A stretch of 64,000 bases of DNA from IMG/VR virus record IMGVR_UViG_3300048436_000037, positions 1,619 to 65,618 of that record; one strand, 5' to 3'. This stretch comes from a virus (Duplodnaviria; Caudoviricetes). The position numbers and the translations under genes are program-made. The notes under the pieces are model-generated. The model did no database searches, was not told where the DNA came from, and was given only the letters and a program-made list of their open reading frames with translations. This document shows, in pieces, positions 16,458 to 26,574 of the stretch (positions are counted from its first letter, which is position 1; every line of letters begins with the position of its first letter).

Positions 16458-16769
16458 ATGGCATTTAAACTGGACAATCCACCTTATTCAAGTAATAATA
16501 CACCTATATATAGAGTAGATATGGAGGATGGTGTCTTAGGTAAAGCCAATAATAACGGTACTATAATACTTAACAAGAATTTAAGTGCTGACAAAGAACA
16601 AAGTGTTATAAATCACGAAATGGTTCACATCGACCAAATGAAACGTGGTGATTTAGATTATGACAGTAATAATGTTTACTGGAAGGGTAAGAAATACTCA
16701 AGAGCTCAAATGAAAGAAGGAGCTAAGAATTTACCTTGGGAAAAAGAAGCGTATAAAAAAGCAAAATAA
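16458..16769 (+). CDS. zincin-like metallopeptidase
   Basis: INHEMVHIDQ (HExxH) and PWEKEAY. Confidence 0.75.
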   Translation: MAFKLDNPPYSSNNTPIYRVDMEDGVLGKANNNGTIILNKNLSADKEQSVINHEMVHIDQMKRGDLDYDSNNVYWKGKKYSRAQMKEGAKNLPWEKEAYKKAK

Positions 16770-16771
16770 TT

Positions 16772-16993
16772 ATGGCATTTAAAATAAAAAGATTTATATC
16801 ACCTATAAATAAAACTGATGAACCAAAACCAAAAGCAGCTAAAGATGTAAAGAGTTTTGATGAGCAGTTTGAAACAGTTAAAGCTAAGTTTCCAAAATCA
16901 ATGGTAACAAAAGTAAAAAACAAATTAGGTTCGTACACCGTAAGAAAAGGATCTGGGCAGTTTACTTATACCCCAGGAAAACCAGCTGATTAA
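16772..16993 (+). CDS. hypothetical basic protein
   Basis: MAFKIKRFISPINK start. Confidence 0.65.
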   Translation: MAFKIKRFISPINKTDEPKPKAAKDVKSFDEQFETVKAKFPKSMVTKVKNKLGSYTVRKGSGQFTYTPGKPAD

Positions 16994-17400
16994 TGAAAAA
17001 GATATTAGAATTTTTCAGTACTAAAGTTTTTAAACAGGTTGGTGATGTAGTTGATGACTTATTCACTAGCGAAGAAGAAAGACTTGCTGCTAGAAATAAA
17101 ATATTTAAAGTACTACAAGATGCTCAACTAGAGCTTCAAAAAATGCAGACTGAAATAATTATAGCCGAAGCTCAAGGTAATTGGCTACAGAGAAGCTGGA
17201 GACCGATACTAATGCTATCATTTGGTTTTATAATTATATATACAAAATTTATATCACAACTATCAACTCAATTAATAACACCTACATTAGAACCTCAATT
17301 TTGGCAATTGCTAGAGATAGGTATTGGTGGTTATGTTATAGGTAGAAGTGGTGAAAAAATCGTGGACAAACTAGGGCCACTATTCAATAAAAACAAATAA
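16993..17400 (+). CDS. holin (GTA 3TM family)
   Basis: WLQRSWRP, hydrophobic segments, GYVIGRSGEK. Confidence 0.8.
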   Translation: MKKILEFFSTKVFKQVGDVVDDLFTSEEERLAARNKIFKVLQDAQLELQKMQTEIIIAEAQGNWLQRSWRPILMLSFGFIIIYTKFISQLSTQLITPTLEPQFWQLLEIGIGGYVIGRSGEKIVDKLGPLFNKNK

Positions 17401-17409
17401 AAATAAATA

Positions 17410-17700
17410 ATGGGACAATTTGCTAATCAACCAGACTTTGGTACGTTTGCAGCTAGTGCAACGAAAAGCGATACAATAAGTATATCAACTAACTTAAAAA
17501 GTTCTTGTCTATACATAGGAACAGGTGGTGATGTAAAAGTAATACTTGCTGGTGTAACAGGGGCTTCTGGATCAGGGCTTCCAACAGCTAATGAAGCTGT
17601 TACTTTTAAGAATGTTCCAGACGGATCATTTTTACCAGTCATTGTAGACTATGTTTTATCTACAGGTACAACTGCATCTGATATAGTAGCTGTAAAATAA
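17410..17700 (+). CDS. putative virion spike-base-like protein
   Basis: LYIGTGGDVKV...VTFKNVPDGSFLPV.V..V.STGTTASDIVA. Confidence 0.6.
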   Translation: MGQFANQPDFGTFAASATKSDTISISTNLKSSCLYIGTGGDVKVILAGVTGASGSGLPTANEAVTFKNVPDGSFLPVIVDYVLSTGTTASDIVAVK

Positions 17701-17701
17701 T

Positions 17702-17857
17702 ATGGGCGGCCAATCTATAGGGATAGGTATATGGTGGCCTACCCAAACTTCACTTATACCAGGCTTAATAAAAACTTTATGCGCAAGATCCACATATTGT
17801 GAAAATAAGACCTGCACCACAGCTATACTTCAAAAACTAGAAAACTGTAAATCATAA
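17702..17857 (+). CDS. small hypothetical protein (51 aa, absent from ORF track)
   Basis: MGGQSIGIGIWWP...LENCKS*; TAATG-coupled to 17857. Confidence 0.55.
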   Translation: MGGQSIGIGIWWPTQTSLIPGLIKTLCARSTYCENKTCTTAILQKLENCKS

Positions 17858-20800
17858 TGAGTAACTTACTGAAAGACGCCTCAATACTTTTAACTCCTAC
17901 CGCCTATGACAATGGGCGTATGAATGCTATTAAGCCCTACAAAGATTTAGAAGGACCAGAGCTTGTGACTAACGGTGATTTTTCACAAGGTACTCAAGAT
18001 TGGACTTTTAATACCAACGGAAACAATCAATGGAGTGTTCCAGTTAGTGAAAAAGCTTCTTACGCAGGAACTGCAACTGATTTTATCATAACCAACAATA
18101 TACTTACTGTTGGTAAAAAGTATCGGGTTTCATTTAATATATTAGATACTAATGGCTCAACAATAAGATTATCTGTAAATTCAGAAGCTGGAGGTTCTTT
18201 TGAAGACTACAATGGTGGGGATGGTTTATATACAACATATTTAACTGCTGGTACTAACTATTTAAGAATTGGTGGTAGTTCATCTGGGGCAGCGTTTTCA
18301 ATAGACAATGTTTCAGTAGTAGAAGATTTAAGTGGTGATTTCCAATTCGAAAGAAATTCTGCAGCGACCCGAGTTAATGCACAAGGTTTAGTAGAGAATG
18401 TACAGATACTCAGTCCAGAGTTAGTTTCAAATGGTAACTTTTCACAGATAGGTACAGAAGAAGTTTTAAACGGTAACTTTTCACAAGAAGGTTCAGAGCT
18501 TGTAACAAATGGAGATTTTGCTACTGATAGTGATTGGATAAAAGGCAGTGGAACAACTATAAGTGGAGGTCAAGCTAATTTAGATGGAAGTTTATCTGGT
18601 AGTTTTCAAGACCCATTAAGGCAATCTTCTGTTTTTACAGTAGGTAAAACTTATAAAGTAGAATATACAATTTCTAACTATGTAAGTGGTGCAGTTACGG
18701 TTTTTGGAAATGGTGCAACAGAGGTTTCTGCAAATGGTACTTACACTCAATACATAACTGCAACTATAACAACTTTAAGTTTTCAAAATAGAGCAGTTCC
18801 TATAACTTGCTCAATAGACAACGTTTCAGTTAAAGAAGTCGGACAAAATTGGAGTTTAGATACTGGATGGAGTATTGGAGAGGATAAAATTATTGCAACA
18901 AACGTTAATAGCACTTTTTTAGACCAATTAAACATATTAACTACTGGTAAATCATATAAAATAACATACACAATATTAGATTATGTTAGTGGTAGTGTTA
19001 GATTTAGAGCAAATTTAGTTAATGGTGCTAACAATTTTGCTAATGGTACATATACAGATTATATTGTATCTGCTGGTACAAAATTTGCACTACAAGGATT
19101 AAATAACTTCAATGGCTCTATAACAAACATCTCAGTTAAAGAAGTAGGGCAAGATTGGAGTATAGGTACTGGTTGGAGTGTAGACCAAGCTAATAGTAAG
19201 GCAGTAAGTGATACAACTACATCAAATTTAACATCATCAACAACACTAATATCGGGTAGAAAATATAAATTTAAATTAGATTCAGAAGCAATATCTAGTG
19301 GTAGTTATAGTTTTTTAATAAGGTTTAATTCTACGAATACTGACATAGGTGTTATAAATTCAGATGGTTCTCACGAGTTTACAGTTGTAGCAGATTCAAC
19401 AAGTTTTAGATTACAAACATTAAGTGGAGGTTCAACATCTTTTTCTATCACAAACATCTCAGTTAAAGAAATAACAGACGATACAAACATACCTAGAATA
19501 AACTACGAAGGGTTTAGTTATCAAGATACTTTAGGAAGTGAGGAAATTGTAAATGGTGATTTTAGTAATGGAAATGCTAATTGGACAATAGAAAACACTT
19601 GGACTATTGGAGATGGTGTAGCAAATGGTAATGGGGCAAATGGTAATACTGAAGAATTAGTACAATCATTAAGTTTTGACTCTAGCAAAAAATACAAAAT
19701 TTCTTATCAAATTTTAAACTACGTTAGTGGAAGTGTTAGGTATTCACTTTCTGGTGGAGGTGGATATAACGGTCAAAATAAGTCTGCAAACGGAACGTAT
19801 GTTGATATTATAAATACTGGGTCAAGTCATAATCAAATAAAATTCTTTGGTCTTAATTTTAACGGCTCTATAACAAATGTATCTGTAAAAGAATATTTTG
19901 GTCAAGAAGTAGTGCCAGGTAGTGGTTGTGGGAGTTGGTTATTAGAGCCGCAGAGTACGAATTTGATAACTTATAGTGAGGATTTTAGTGATAGTAGTTG
20001 GTATAAAGCACAGACAACAACTGAAGCTGTAAATATAGCAATGCCAAATGGTGTAATTAATGGGTATAAATTATTTGCAAATACCTCAAACTCTAGTCAT
20101 TACCTAGAAGTAACACCTTTTCCAACAGCAACTGCTGGTCAAAATTTTACGTTAAGTTTGTTTATAAAAAGTGCTGGAAGTGGTTTTATACAAGTTGCTT
20201 CTTCAACTGGTTTTAATTCAAGATATCAAAACTTTAATATTTCAACGGGAACAAAAGCAAGTGGAGATATTTCAGATAGTAGTATTACAGATTTTGGTAA
20301 TGGATGGTATAGAATTTCAGTAACAGAAACAACAACTGGAACAAATGCAAGATATTTAATTATGCCAATACTTTCAGATGGCATAAGAAATCCTCAATTT
20401 ACTGGAAATGCTGATGAAGATGGTGTTTATATTTGGGGCGCACAGCTAGAACAACAATCCTACGCAACCTCGTACATTCCCACTTCGGGAGCTGCAAACA
20501 CTAGGCTACAAGATATTGCAACCAATAGTGGGAACTCAAGTTTAATAAATAGTACAGAGGGTGTGTCGTATTTTGAAACAAGCGCTTTTGACGATATTAG
20601 TTCTTTAAGACTAATAACACTTAAATCTGCTGATAATAATAATAGAGTTTCAATAGGTTATTCAAATGCTACAGACAATATTAGGGTTATAGTTAGAGCT
20701 AATGGCTCTAATGTAGTTAATCAAAATTTTACTGCTAGTAATTTAACTGATATTAATAAATTTGCTTTTAAATATAAAAGTGGAGCAAGTTCTATTTACT

Positions 20801-22518
20801 TGAATGGTTCAGAAGTTTTAGACTTATCTGCTGGTAATTTTACATTTTCACAAGAATTATCTAAACTTAATTTTGACGGGGGTAATGGAACTAATCCTTT
20901 CTACGGAAAAGCAAAAGCACTAGCAGTTTACAAAGAAGCATTAACAGATGCAAATCTAAGATGTCTTACATATCCAAATCCAGTTGCAACAACATTTGAT
21001 TTAGACTTTGATACTATTGCAGAGCAGTTTACTTTTACTAGAGGATCTGAAGCTACGTTCGTAAATGAACAAGGGTTAATTGAAAGTACAAACACTTTAA
21101 CTTCAAATTTAGTAATAGATGAAGAGTCTCTTCCATTAACAGGGTGGAGTAGAGATGGAGATGTTTATGCAGCTGTAAATGCTACAAGTAATGTTGTTTT
21201 AAACTACACGTCAGGTTTCAACTTTTCTATAGGTGATTTAGTTGAAGTTTCGTATGAAGTTTTTGATTACGTTTCAGGACAACCCAGATTACAATTATCT
21301 GGCGGTGGTCAAGCAATATACACTACACCAGTTAGCTCAAACGGTGTTTTTACCGAAACATTGTTACTAATAGGTAATAATACAGCAGGCGCTATTATAC
21401 ATAATAATACTAACCCTACTTTAAAAATAAGGAATCTTTCAATTAAGAAAATAATAACTGCAACTAACACACCAAGAATAGATTACTCAACTGGTGAAAA
21501 AGCATTTTTACTAGAACCTCAGAGTACAAACTTGATACCTTATAGTGAGGACTTTAGTGACGCTTCCTACTCTAAAGCAAGTGGAGGTTTAGGTTCTGTA
21601 CCTATTGTAACGTCCAACTACTCAACAAGTCCAAGTGGAGAACAAAATGCAGATAGAATACAATTTGATTTAAACGGAGGCACAAGTGGAAGTGATTCTT
21701 CTTGGATATTTACCTTTCCAGCATCAGATGTTGATGGAGTAGTTTCTATTTACCTAAAAACAAACGATAATTCAACTAAAGTTGTTTATTTTAGAAATAC
21801 ATTTGGAACAATAGACAACGTTACTGTCAATGGTAATTGGCAAAGGTATTCTATCACAAACCCTACTACCAGGGGGTTTTATCTCGGTTTGAGAGGTAGT
21901 CAAGGCAATAGTGATAGTGCTGACTTATCCGTTTGGGGTGCTCAAATAGAAGCTCTCCCTTACGCAACTTCGTATATCCCAACATCTGGAGCATCAGCAA
22001 CTAGAAATCAAGAATTATGTGTAGATGCAACACCGGTTATTAATAGCGAGGAAGGAACATTGTATGCTGAGATAAGTGCTTTGGCTAATGACGGTACGAA
22101 TCGCATTATAAGTTTAAACAATGGAACTACTAGTAACTTAGTTAGGTTTTTTTATGGTGTAGAAAGTAACAAGATTATAGCTAGTGTAAAATCAAATGGT
22201 GGAACTACTTTTAGTTATACTTATACTTTAACTGACCCAACTGATTTTATAAAAATAGCTTTAAAATACAAAGAAAATGATTTTGCTCTGTGGGTAAATG
22301 GTACTGAGGTTGCAACAGACACAAGCGGTGCAACACCTGCGAGTGGGGTTTTGGATAGATTAGATTTTTCAAATGCTGGAAATACATCAATATTCTTCGG
22401 TAACACAAAAGGTTTAAAAGTTTATCCAAAAGCATTAGCAGACGTACAATTAGAAGATTTAACAACAATAACACTAGACACTATTTTTGGTTCAACATTT
22501 GACATAACATTTAATTAA
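17857..22518 (+). CDS. large head/tail spike adhesin with LamG-like and carbohydrate-binding-like modules
   Basis: 1553 aa; two scaffold copies (F.R.S.AT.VN.QGL...PRI.Y...LLEPQSTNL...WGAQ.E...YATSYIPTSG...INS.EG) plus repeated ELVTNGDF...SVKE modules. Confidence 0.75.
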   Translation: MSNLLKDASILLTPTAYDNGRMNAIKPYKDLEGPELVTNGDFSQGTQDWTFNTNGNNQWSVPVSEKASYAGTATDFIITNNILTVGKKYRVSFNILDTNGSTIRLSVNSEAGGSFEDYNGGDGLYTTYLTAGTNYLRIGGSSSGAAFSIDNVSVVEDLSGDFQFERNSAATRVNAQGLVENVQILSPELVSNGNFSQIGTEEVLNGNFSQEGSELVTNGDFATDSDWIKGSGTTISGGQANLDGSLSGSFQDPLRQSSVFTVGKTYKVEYTISNYVSGAVTVFGNGATEVSANGTYTQYITATITTLSFQNRAVPITCSIDNVSVKEVGQNWSLDTGWSIGEDKIIATNVNSTFLDQLNILTTGKSYKITYTILDYVSGSVRFRANLVNGANNFANGTYTDYIVSAGTKFALQGLNNFNGSITNISVKEVGQDWSIGTGWSVDQANSKAVSDTTTSNLTSSTTLISGRKYKFKLDSEAISSGSYSFLIRFNSTNTDIGVINSDGSHEFTVVADSTSFRLQTLSGGSTSFSITNISVKEITDDTNIPRINYEGFSYQDTLGSEEIVNGDFSNGNANWTIENTWTIGDGVANGNGANGNTEELVQSLSFDSSKKYKISYQILNYVSGSVRYSLSGGGGYNGQNKSANGTYVDIINTGSSHNQIKFFGLNFNGSITNVSVKEYFGQEVVPGSGCGSWLLEPQSTNLITYSEDFSDSSWYKAQTTTEAVNIAMPNGVINGYKLFANTSNSSHYLEVTPFPTATAGQNFTLSLFIKSAGSGFIQVASSTGFNSRYQNFNISTGTKASGDISDSSITDFGNGWYRISVTETTTGTNARYLIMPILSDGIRNPQFTGNADEDGVYIWGAQLEQQSYATSYIPTSGAANTRLQDIATNSGNSSLINSTEGVSYFETSAFDDISSLRLITLKSADNNNRVSIGYSNATDNIRVIVRANGSNVVNQNFTASNLTDINKFAFKYKSGASSIYLNGSEVLDLSAGNFTFSQELSKLNFDGGNGTNPFYGKAKALAVYKEALTDANLRCLTYPNPVATTFDLDFDTIAEQFTFTRGSEATFVNEQGLIESTNTLTSNLVIDEESLPLTGWSRDGDVYAAVNATSNVVLNYTSGFNFSIGDLVEVSYEVFDYVSGQPRLQLSGGGQAIYTTPVSSNGVFTETLLLIGNNTAGAIIHNNTNPTLKIRNLSIKKIITATNTPRIDYSTGEKAFLLEPQSTNLIPYSEDFSDASYSKASGGLGSVPIVTSNYSTSPSGEQNADRIQFDLNGGTSGSDSSWIFTFPASDVDGVVSIYLKTNDNSTKVVYFRNTFGTIDNVTVNGNWQRYSITNPTTRGFYLGLRGSQGNSDSADLSVWGAQIEALPYATSYIPTSGASATRNQELCVDATPVINSEEGTLYAEISALANDGTNRIISLNNGTTSNLVRFFYGVESNKIIASVKSNGGTTFSYTYTLTDPTDFIKIALKYKENDFALWVNGTEVATDTSGATPASGVLDRLDFSNAGNTSIFFGNTKGLKVYPKALADVQLEDLTTITLDTIFGSTFDITFN

Positions 22519-22524
22519 AAAACT

Positions 22525-22962
22525 ATGAGTATAAAAAGCGATGCAATAATTATAAGAGACGAAACAACTAAAGGAGCAAACACTGCTACTAGAGTTGGAG
22601 GAAACCTTGTATCTATTGCAGATGATTTAATAGCAAAACAGTCTGAGATAGATTTAAATACTGCAAAGGTAGGTATTACAACTCAACAGTCTACAGACAT
22701 TACTACGAACAACGCAAAAGTTGGTATAACTACGCAACAAGCAACTAACATTACTACAAACACCGCTAAAGTTTCTTTTGATAGTGCTTCAAGTACAAAG
22801 CTAGGAGGAATTGAAGCTGGTGCAGAAGTTAATACTATTAACTCAACAACTACATCAGAGCCAACTGGAAGCGATTTAGTTTACAATGTTGTTAGTTTGA
22901 CGCAAGCAGAATATGACGCAGGAAGTCCAGTAGCAACAACGTTTTACTTAATAGTAGGATAA
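22525..22962 (+). CDS. fibre-like protein with NTAKVGIT repeats
   Basis: Three N.AKV repeats, C-terminal SLTQAEYDA. Confidence 0.65.
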   Translation: MSIKSDAIIIRDETTKGANTATRVGGNLVSIADDLIAKQSEIDLNTAKVGITTQQSTDITTNNAKVGITTQQATNITTNTAKVSFDSASSTKLGGIEAGAEVNTINSTTTSEPTGSDLVYNVVSLTQAEYDAGSPVATTFYLIVG

Positions 22963-23017
22963 TATGGCTATAAAGTTTGGAAATGCAGAAGTTCCACCAC
23001 CACCTGTAGAAGAAGAA

Positions 23018-23049
23018 GTAATTTCAGAATAAATAGTGTAACTATATAC
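23018..23049 (+). promoter_or_regulatory. late/middle promoter-like motif
   Basis: GTAA-N16-GTAACTATATA upstream of the packaging operon. Confidence 0.6.
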
Positions 23050-23076
23050 AAAAATAGTAATTAAATTTAATCAAAA

Positions 23077-23310
23077 ATGGGAAAAATTAAAGAAGATCAG
23101 TTAAAGAAAGTAGTAAAGCAGCAGAACGAACTAGCTAGTGTGCTAGGTCAAATAGGTGCGTTAGAATCTCAAAAGCACAGCTTACTTCATGCTATAGCTG
23201 ATATGAATATCAAAATAGAAGAGTATAAAGCTGAGCTAGAAGAAGAATACGGTAAAATATCTATAGATTTATCAACTGGTGAGTATACTGAAATAGAAGA
23301 AGATGAGTAA
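23077..23310 (+). CDS. coiled-coil hypothetical protein
   Basis: 77 aa ending LEEEYGKISIDLSTGEY. Confidence 0.7.
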   Translation: MGKIKEDQLKKVVKQQNELASVLGQIGALESQKHSLLHAIADMNIKIEEYKAELEEEYGKISIDLSTGEYTEIEEDE

Positions 23311-23530
23311 CATTATAAGAAAGATTAGTATAGGCTCTGATTATAAAAATGATGCAATGCATTACTCTATAGGTCAAGAGGTTTATGGTGGTCACAAGAT
23401 AGCTTATATATTACTAGATGAAGAAGATAATTCTTATAACATACATATAAAAAAGAATAATGAGGTATTGCCATGGAAGAAGTTTAATTCTAATATGGCT
23501 ATATCTATTGAGTATGATCTTCAGTATTGA
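23303..23530 (+). CDS. hypothetical protein
   Basis: 75 aa, IRKISIG.DYK start. Confidence 0.7.
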   Translation: MSNIIRKISIGSDYKNDAMHYSIGQEVYGGHKIAYILLDEEDNSYNIHIKKNNEVLPWKKFNSNMAISIEYDLQY

Positions 23531-24135
23531 TGAGAAGTGTATATGACTTTATTGTAGAACCAGTAGGAGAAAGATACGACAACGAGTTAAAAATAGGTGA
23601 TAAGAAATTAGTTTTAAATTCTAAGATAGAAAGTCACAAATTTATAAATAATAAAGCTAAAGTAATATCTGTGCCAATAGCCTTTAAAACTCCTATAAAA
23701 GTGGGTGACCAGGTTATTATTCATCACAATGTATTTAGAAGATACTACAACCAAAAAGGTAAAGAGGTAAATAGCAGTAAGTACTTTAAAGAAAATAAAT
23801 ATTTTTGTCAATTAGATCAAATATATTTATATGGTAGAAATAACTCGTGGAAACCTTTTAACAATAGATGCTTTGTAGCACCTATAATTAATAAGGATCA
23901 GTTAGAGCTAAAGAAAGAGAAAAACCATATTGGAATACTAAAATATGGTAATAGTTCCTTAGAAGCTCTTAAAATAAAAAAAGGAGATGTTATAGGCTTT
24001 ACACCTAACAGCGAATTTGAATTTGTCGTTAACGATGAATTATTATATTGTATGAAATCAAAAGACATTGTAATTAAATATGAGCACGAAGAAGACCAAG
24101 CTCAGTATAATCCAAGCTGGGCAAAGAGCAGTTGA
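23530..24135 (+). CDS. tandem GroES-like fold protein
   Basis: Two GroES-like halves (IVEP...AKVISVP...IKVGDQVI; FVAP...GILKYG...IKKGDVIGF...LYCMKSKDI). Confidence 0.55.
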   Translation: MRSVYDFIVEPVGERYDNELKIGDKKLVLNSKIESHKFINNKAKVISVPIAFKTPIKVGDQVIIHHNVFRRYYNQKGKEVNSSKYFKENKYFCQLDQIYLYGRNNSWKPFNNRCFVAPIINKDQLELKKEKNHIGILKYGNSSLEALKIKKGDVIGFTPNSEFEFVVNDELLYCMKSKDIVIKYEHEEDQAQYNPSWAKSS

Positions 24136-24349
24136 GGAATTAATAAAAGTAGCTAAAGAGCCTATAGTAGATTCAGGTGATGATATAACTGCTGATAGAT
24201 TAAAGAATGCTGCAGCTACAAAAAAACTAGCTATATTTGACGCTTTCGAAATACTAACACGTATCGAAGAAGAAAAAGGTATGTTAAATGAAAGCGAGAA
24301 TACTAAAGAAAAATCTTTTAAAGGTTTTGCAGAAGGGAGGTCTAAATGA
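24080..24349 (+). CDS. putative terminase small subunit
   Basis: Small helical protein coupled to terL; positional inference. Confidence 0.45.
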   Translation: MSTKKTKLSIIQAGQRAVEELIKVAKEPIVDSGDDITADRLKNAAATKKLAIFDAFEILTRIEEEKGMLNESENTKEKSFKGFAEGRSK

Positions 24350-26574
24350 TGTACGAGCAAACATTAGTAAAAACACTTAATGATTACATTAAACCTGGTA
24401 TTATAAAGAAAAATAACAGGTATAAAAAATGGGATTATGGTTATGATGCTGAGCATGATATAGTTATAATAAGTAAAGATGGTACGTTAGGTGAAATAAT
24501 ACAGATACAAAATCTAGTCATAGGTCTACCTTTAGAACCTGAGAATATATACAAGCGTTCAAGAAAAAAAGAAGAGCAAAAATGGGAGAAGTTAGAGTAC
24601 CCTAAAGAGCTTTCAAAAATAAAAAGTGTATTTGATTGGGAGAAATACCCTAGCGCATTTAAAGAAAAATGGTATGATTATATTGATGAAGAGTTTAAGA
24701 GAAGGGAGCAGGGTTTTTGGTTCAAAAACAATGGTAATGGTAATTATATTACTGGTACTCACTATATGTTCTTGCAGTGGTCCAAGATTGATGTTGGGGC
24801 AGCAGACTATAGGGAGTCAAACAGATTATTCTTTATCTTCTGGGAAGCTTGTAAAGCGGATGTACGGTGTTACGGAATGTGTTATCTTAAGAACAGACGA
24901 TCAGGTTTCTCTTTCATGGCATCAAGTGAGACGGTTAACCTTGCAACAATATCCACAGATTCAAGATTTGGCATTTTATCAAAGTCCGGGCAAGACGCCA
25001 AAAAGATGTTTACTGATAAGGTCGTACCCATCTCAGTTAATTATCCCTTCTTCTTCAAGCCGATCCAGGACGGTATGGATAGGCCGAAGACAGAACTTGC
25101 GTACAGAGTACCCGCGTCCAAACTTACAAGAAAGAAACTTGATGAGGGTATCGCCTCAGAGGAGAAACAGGGTCTCGACACAACGATCGACTGGAAGAAC
25201 ACCGGGGACAACTCGTACGATGGTGAAAAACTAAAGATATTAGTACACGACGAGAGTGGTAAATGGGAGAGGCCAGACAATATATTAAATAACTGGAGAG
25301 TTACAAAAACTTGTTTACGTTTAGGTAAAAGAATTGTAGGTAAGTGTATGATGGGTAGTACATCAAACGCTTTAGATAAAGGTGGTGCTAATTTTAAAAA
25401 ATTATATTATGCTTCAGACGTCAGGGAGAGAAACCGCAACGGGCAGACTAGCTCAGGATTATATAGTCTGTTCATACCTATGGAATGGAACTACGAAGGA
25501 TTCATCGACGCTTATGGCTTACCTGTATTCGATACACCGAAAGGAAAAATATTAGATCCAACTGGTGATATAATCACAACAGGAGTAATAGAGCATTGGG
25601 AAAATGAAGTTGATGGTTTAAAAAGCGATCAAGACGGTTTAAACGAATATTATCGACAGTTTCCAAGAACAGAGAAACATGCATTTAGAGACGAGGCTAA
25701 ATTATCTCTATATAACCTTACTAAGATATATGAGCAAATAGATTTTAACGAAGAGGTTAGAAATAAAAGCTTAGTAACAAGAGGTAGTTTTCAATGGAGA
25801 GGTGATGTTAAAGATACTGTGGTTGAATTTAAACCAAACAACAACGGTAGATTTTATATATCTTGGATTCCATCGATGAACTTACAAAATAACGTTATTG
25901 TAAAAAATGGTCTTAAATATCCTGGTAACGAGCACATAGGTGCTTTTGGATGTGATAGCTACGATATATCAGGTACAGTTGATAAAAGAGGATCTAATGG
26001 ATCTCTACACGGTTTAACTAAGTTTAATATGGACAACGCTCCATCTAACATGTTCTTTTTAGAATATATAGCTAGACCACAAACAGCGGAGATATTCTTT
26101 GAAGATGTTTTAATGGCATTACATTTTTATGGTATGCCAATACTAGCAGAGAATAATAAACCTAGATTACTATATTATTTAAGAAGAAGAGGTTATAGAA
26201 ACTTCTCTATAAATAGACCTGATAAAGCATATAACAAGTTATCTGTAACAGAAAAAGAAATTGGTGGAATACCAAACTCTAGTGAAGATATTAAACAAGC
26301 TCACGCAGCTTCTATTGAAACATACATAGAAGATCATGTTGGTTATACTGGAGAAGGTTATGGACAAATGTATTTTCAAAGAACATTAGAGGACTGGGCA
26401 AGATTCAATATAAATAATAGAACAAAGCACGATGCAACTATAAGTTCTGGACTTGCAGCTATGGCTTGTAATAAAAATAAGTATTCACCAGTATACAAAA
26501 CACAAAGGAGAAAAGTGCAACTATCTTTTAACCGATATGACAACAACGGAAGTATTTCAAAAATAATAAAATAA
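24346..26574 (+). CDS. terL: terminase large subunit
   Basis: KNRRSGFS Walker A-like, ILVHDESGK Walker B, GSTSN coupling motif, GCDSY/LAENN/HDATIS RNase H-like nuclease. Confidence 0.9.
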   Translation: MMYEQTLVKTLNDYIKPGIIKKNNRYKKWDYGYDAEHDIVIISKDGTLGEIIQIQNLVIGLPLEPENIYKRSRKKEEQKWEKLEYPKELSKIKSVFDWEKYPSAFKEKWYDYIDEEFKRREQGFWFKNNGNGNYITGTHYMFLQWSKIDVGAADYRESNRLFFIFWEACKADVRCYGMCYLKNRRSGFSFMASSETVNLATISTDSRFGILSKSGQDAKKMFTDKVVPISVNYPFFFKPIQDGMDRPKTELAYRVPASKLTRKKLDEGIASEEKQGLDTTIDWKNTGDNSYDGEKLKILVHDESGKWERPDNILNNWRVTKTCLRLGKRIVGKCMMGSTSNALDKGGANFKKLYYASDVRERNRNGQTSSGLYSLFIPMEWNYEGFIDAYGLPVFDTPKGKILDPTGDIITTGVIEHWENEVDGLKSDQDGLNEYYRQFPRTEKHAFRDEAKLSLYNLTKIYEQIDFNEEVRNKSLVTRGSFQWRGDVKDTVVEFKPNNNGRFYISWIPSMNLQNNVIVKNGLKYPGNEHIGAFGCDSYDISGTVDKRGSNGSLHGLTKFNMDNAPSNMFFLEYIARPQTAEIFFEDVLMALHFYGMPILAENNKPRLLYYLRRRGYRNFSINRPDKAYNKLSVTEKEIGGIPNSSEDIKQAHAASIETYIEDHVGYTGEGYGQMYFQRTLEDWARFNINNRTKHDATISSGLAAMACNKNKYSPVYKTQRRKVQLSFNRYDNNGSISKIIK

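Noticed and set aside
8761-22518. Diversity-generating retroelement or shufflon acting on fibre genes
   Set aside because: No reverse transcriptase or invertase and no near-identical TR/VR pair seen; repeats are diverged protein-level repeats
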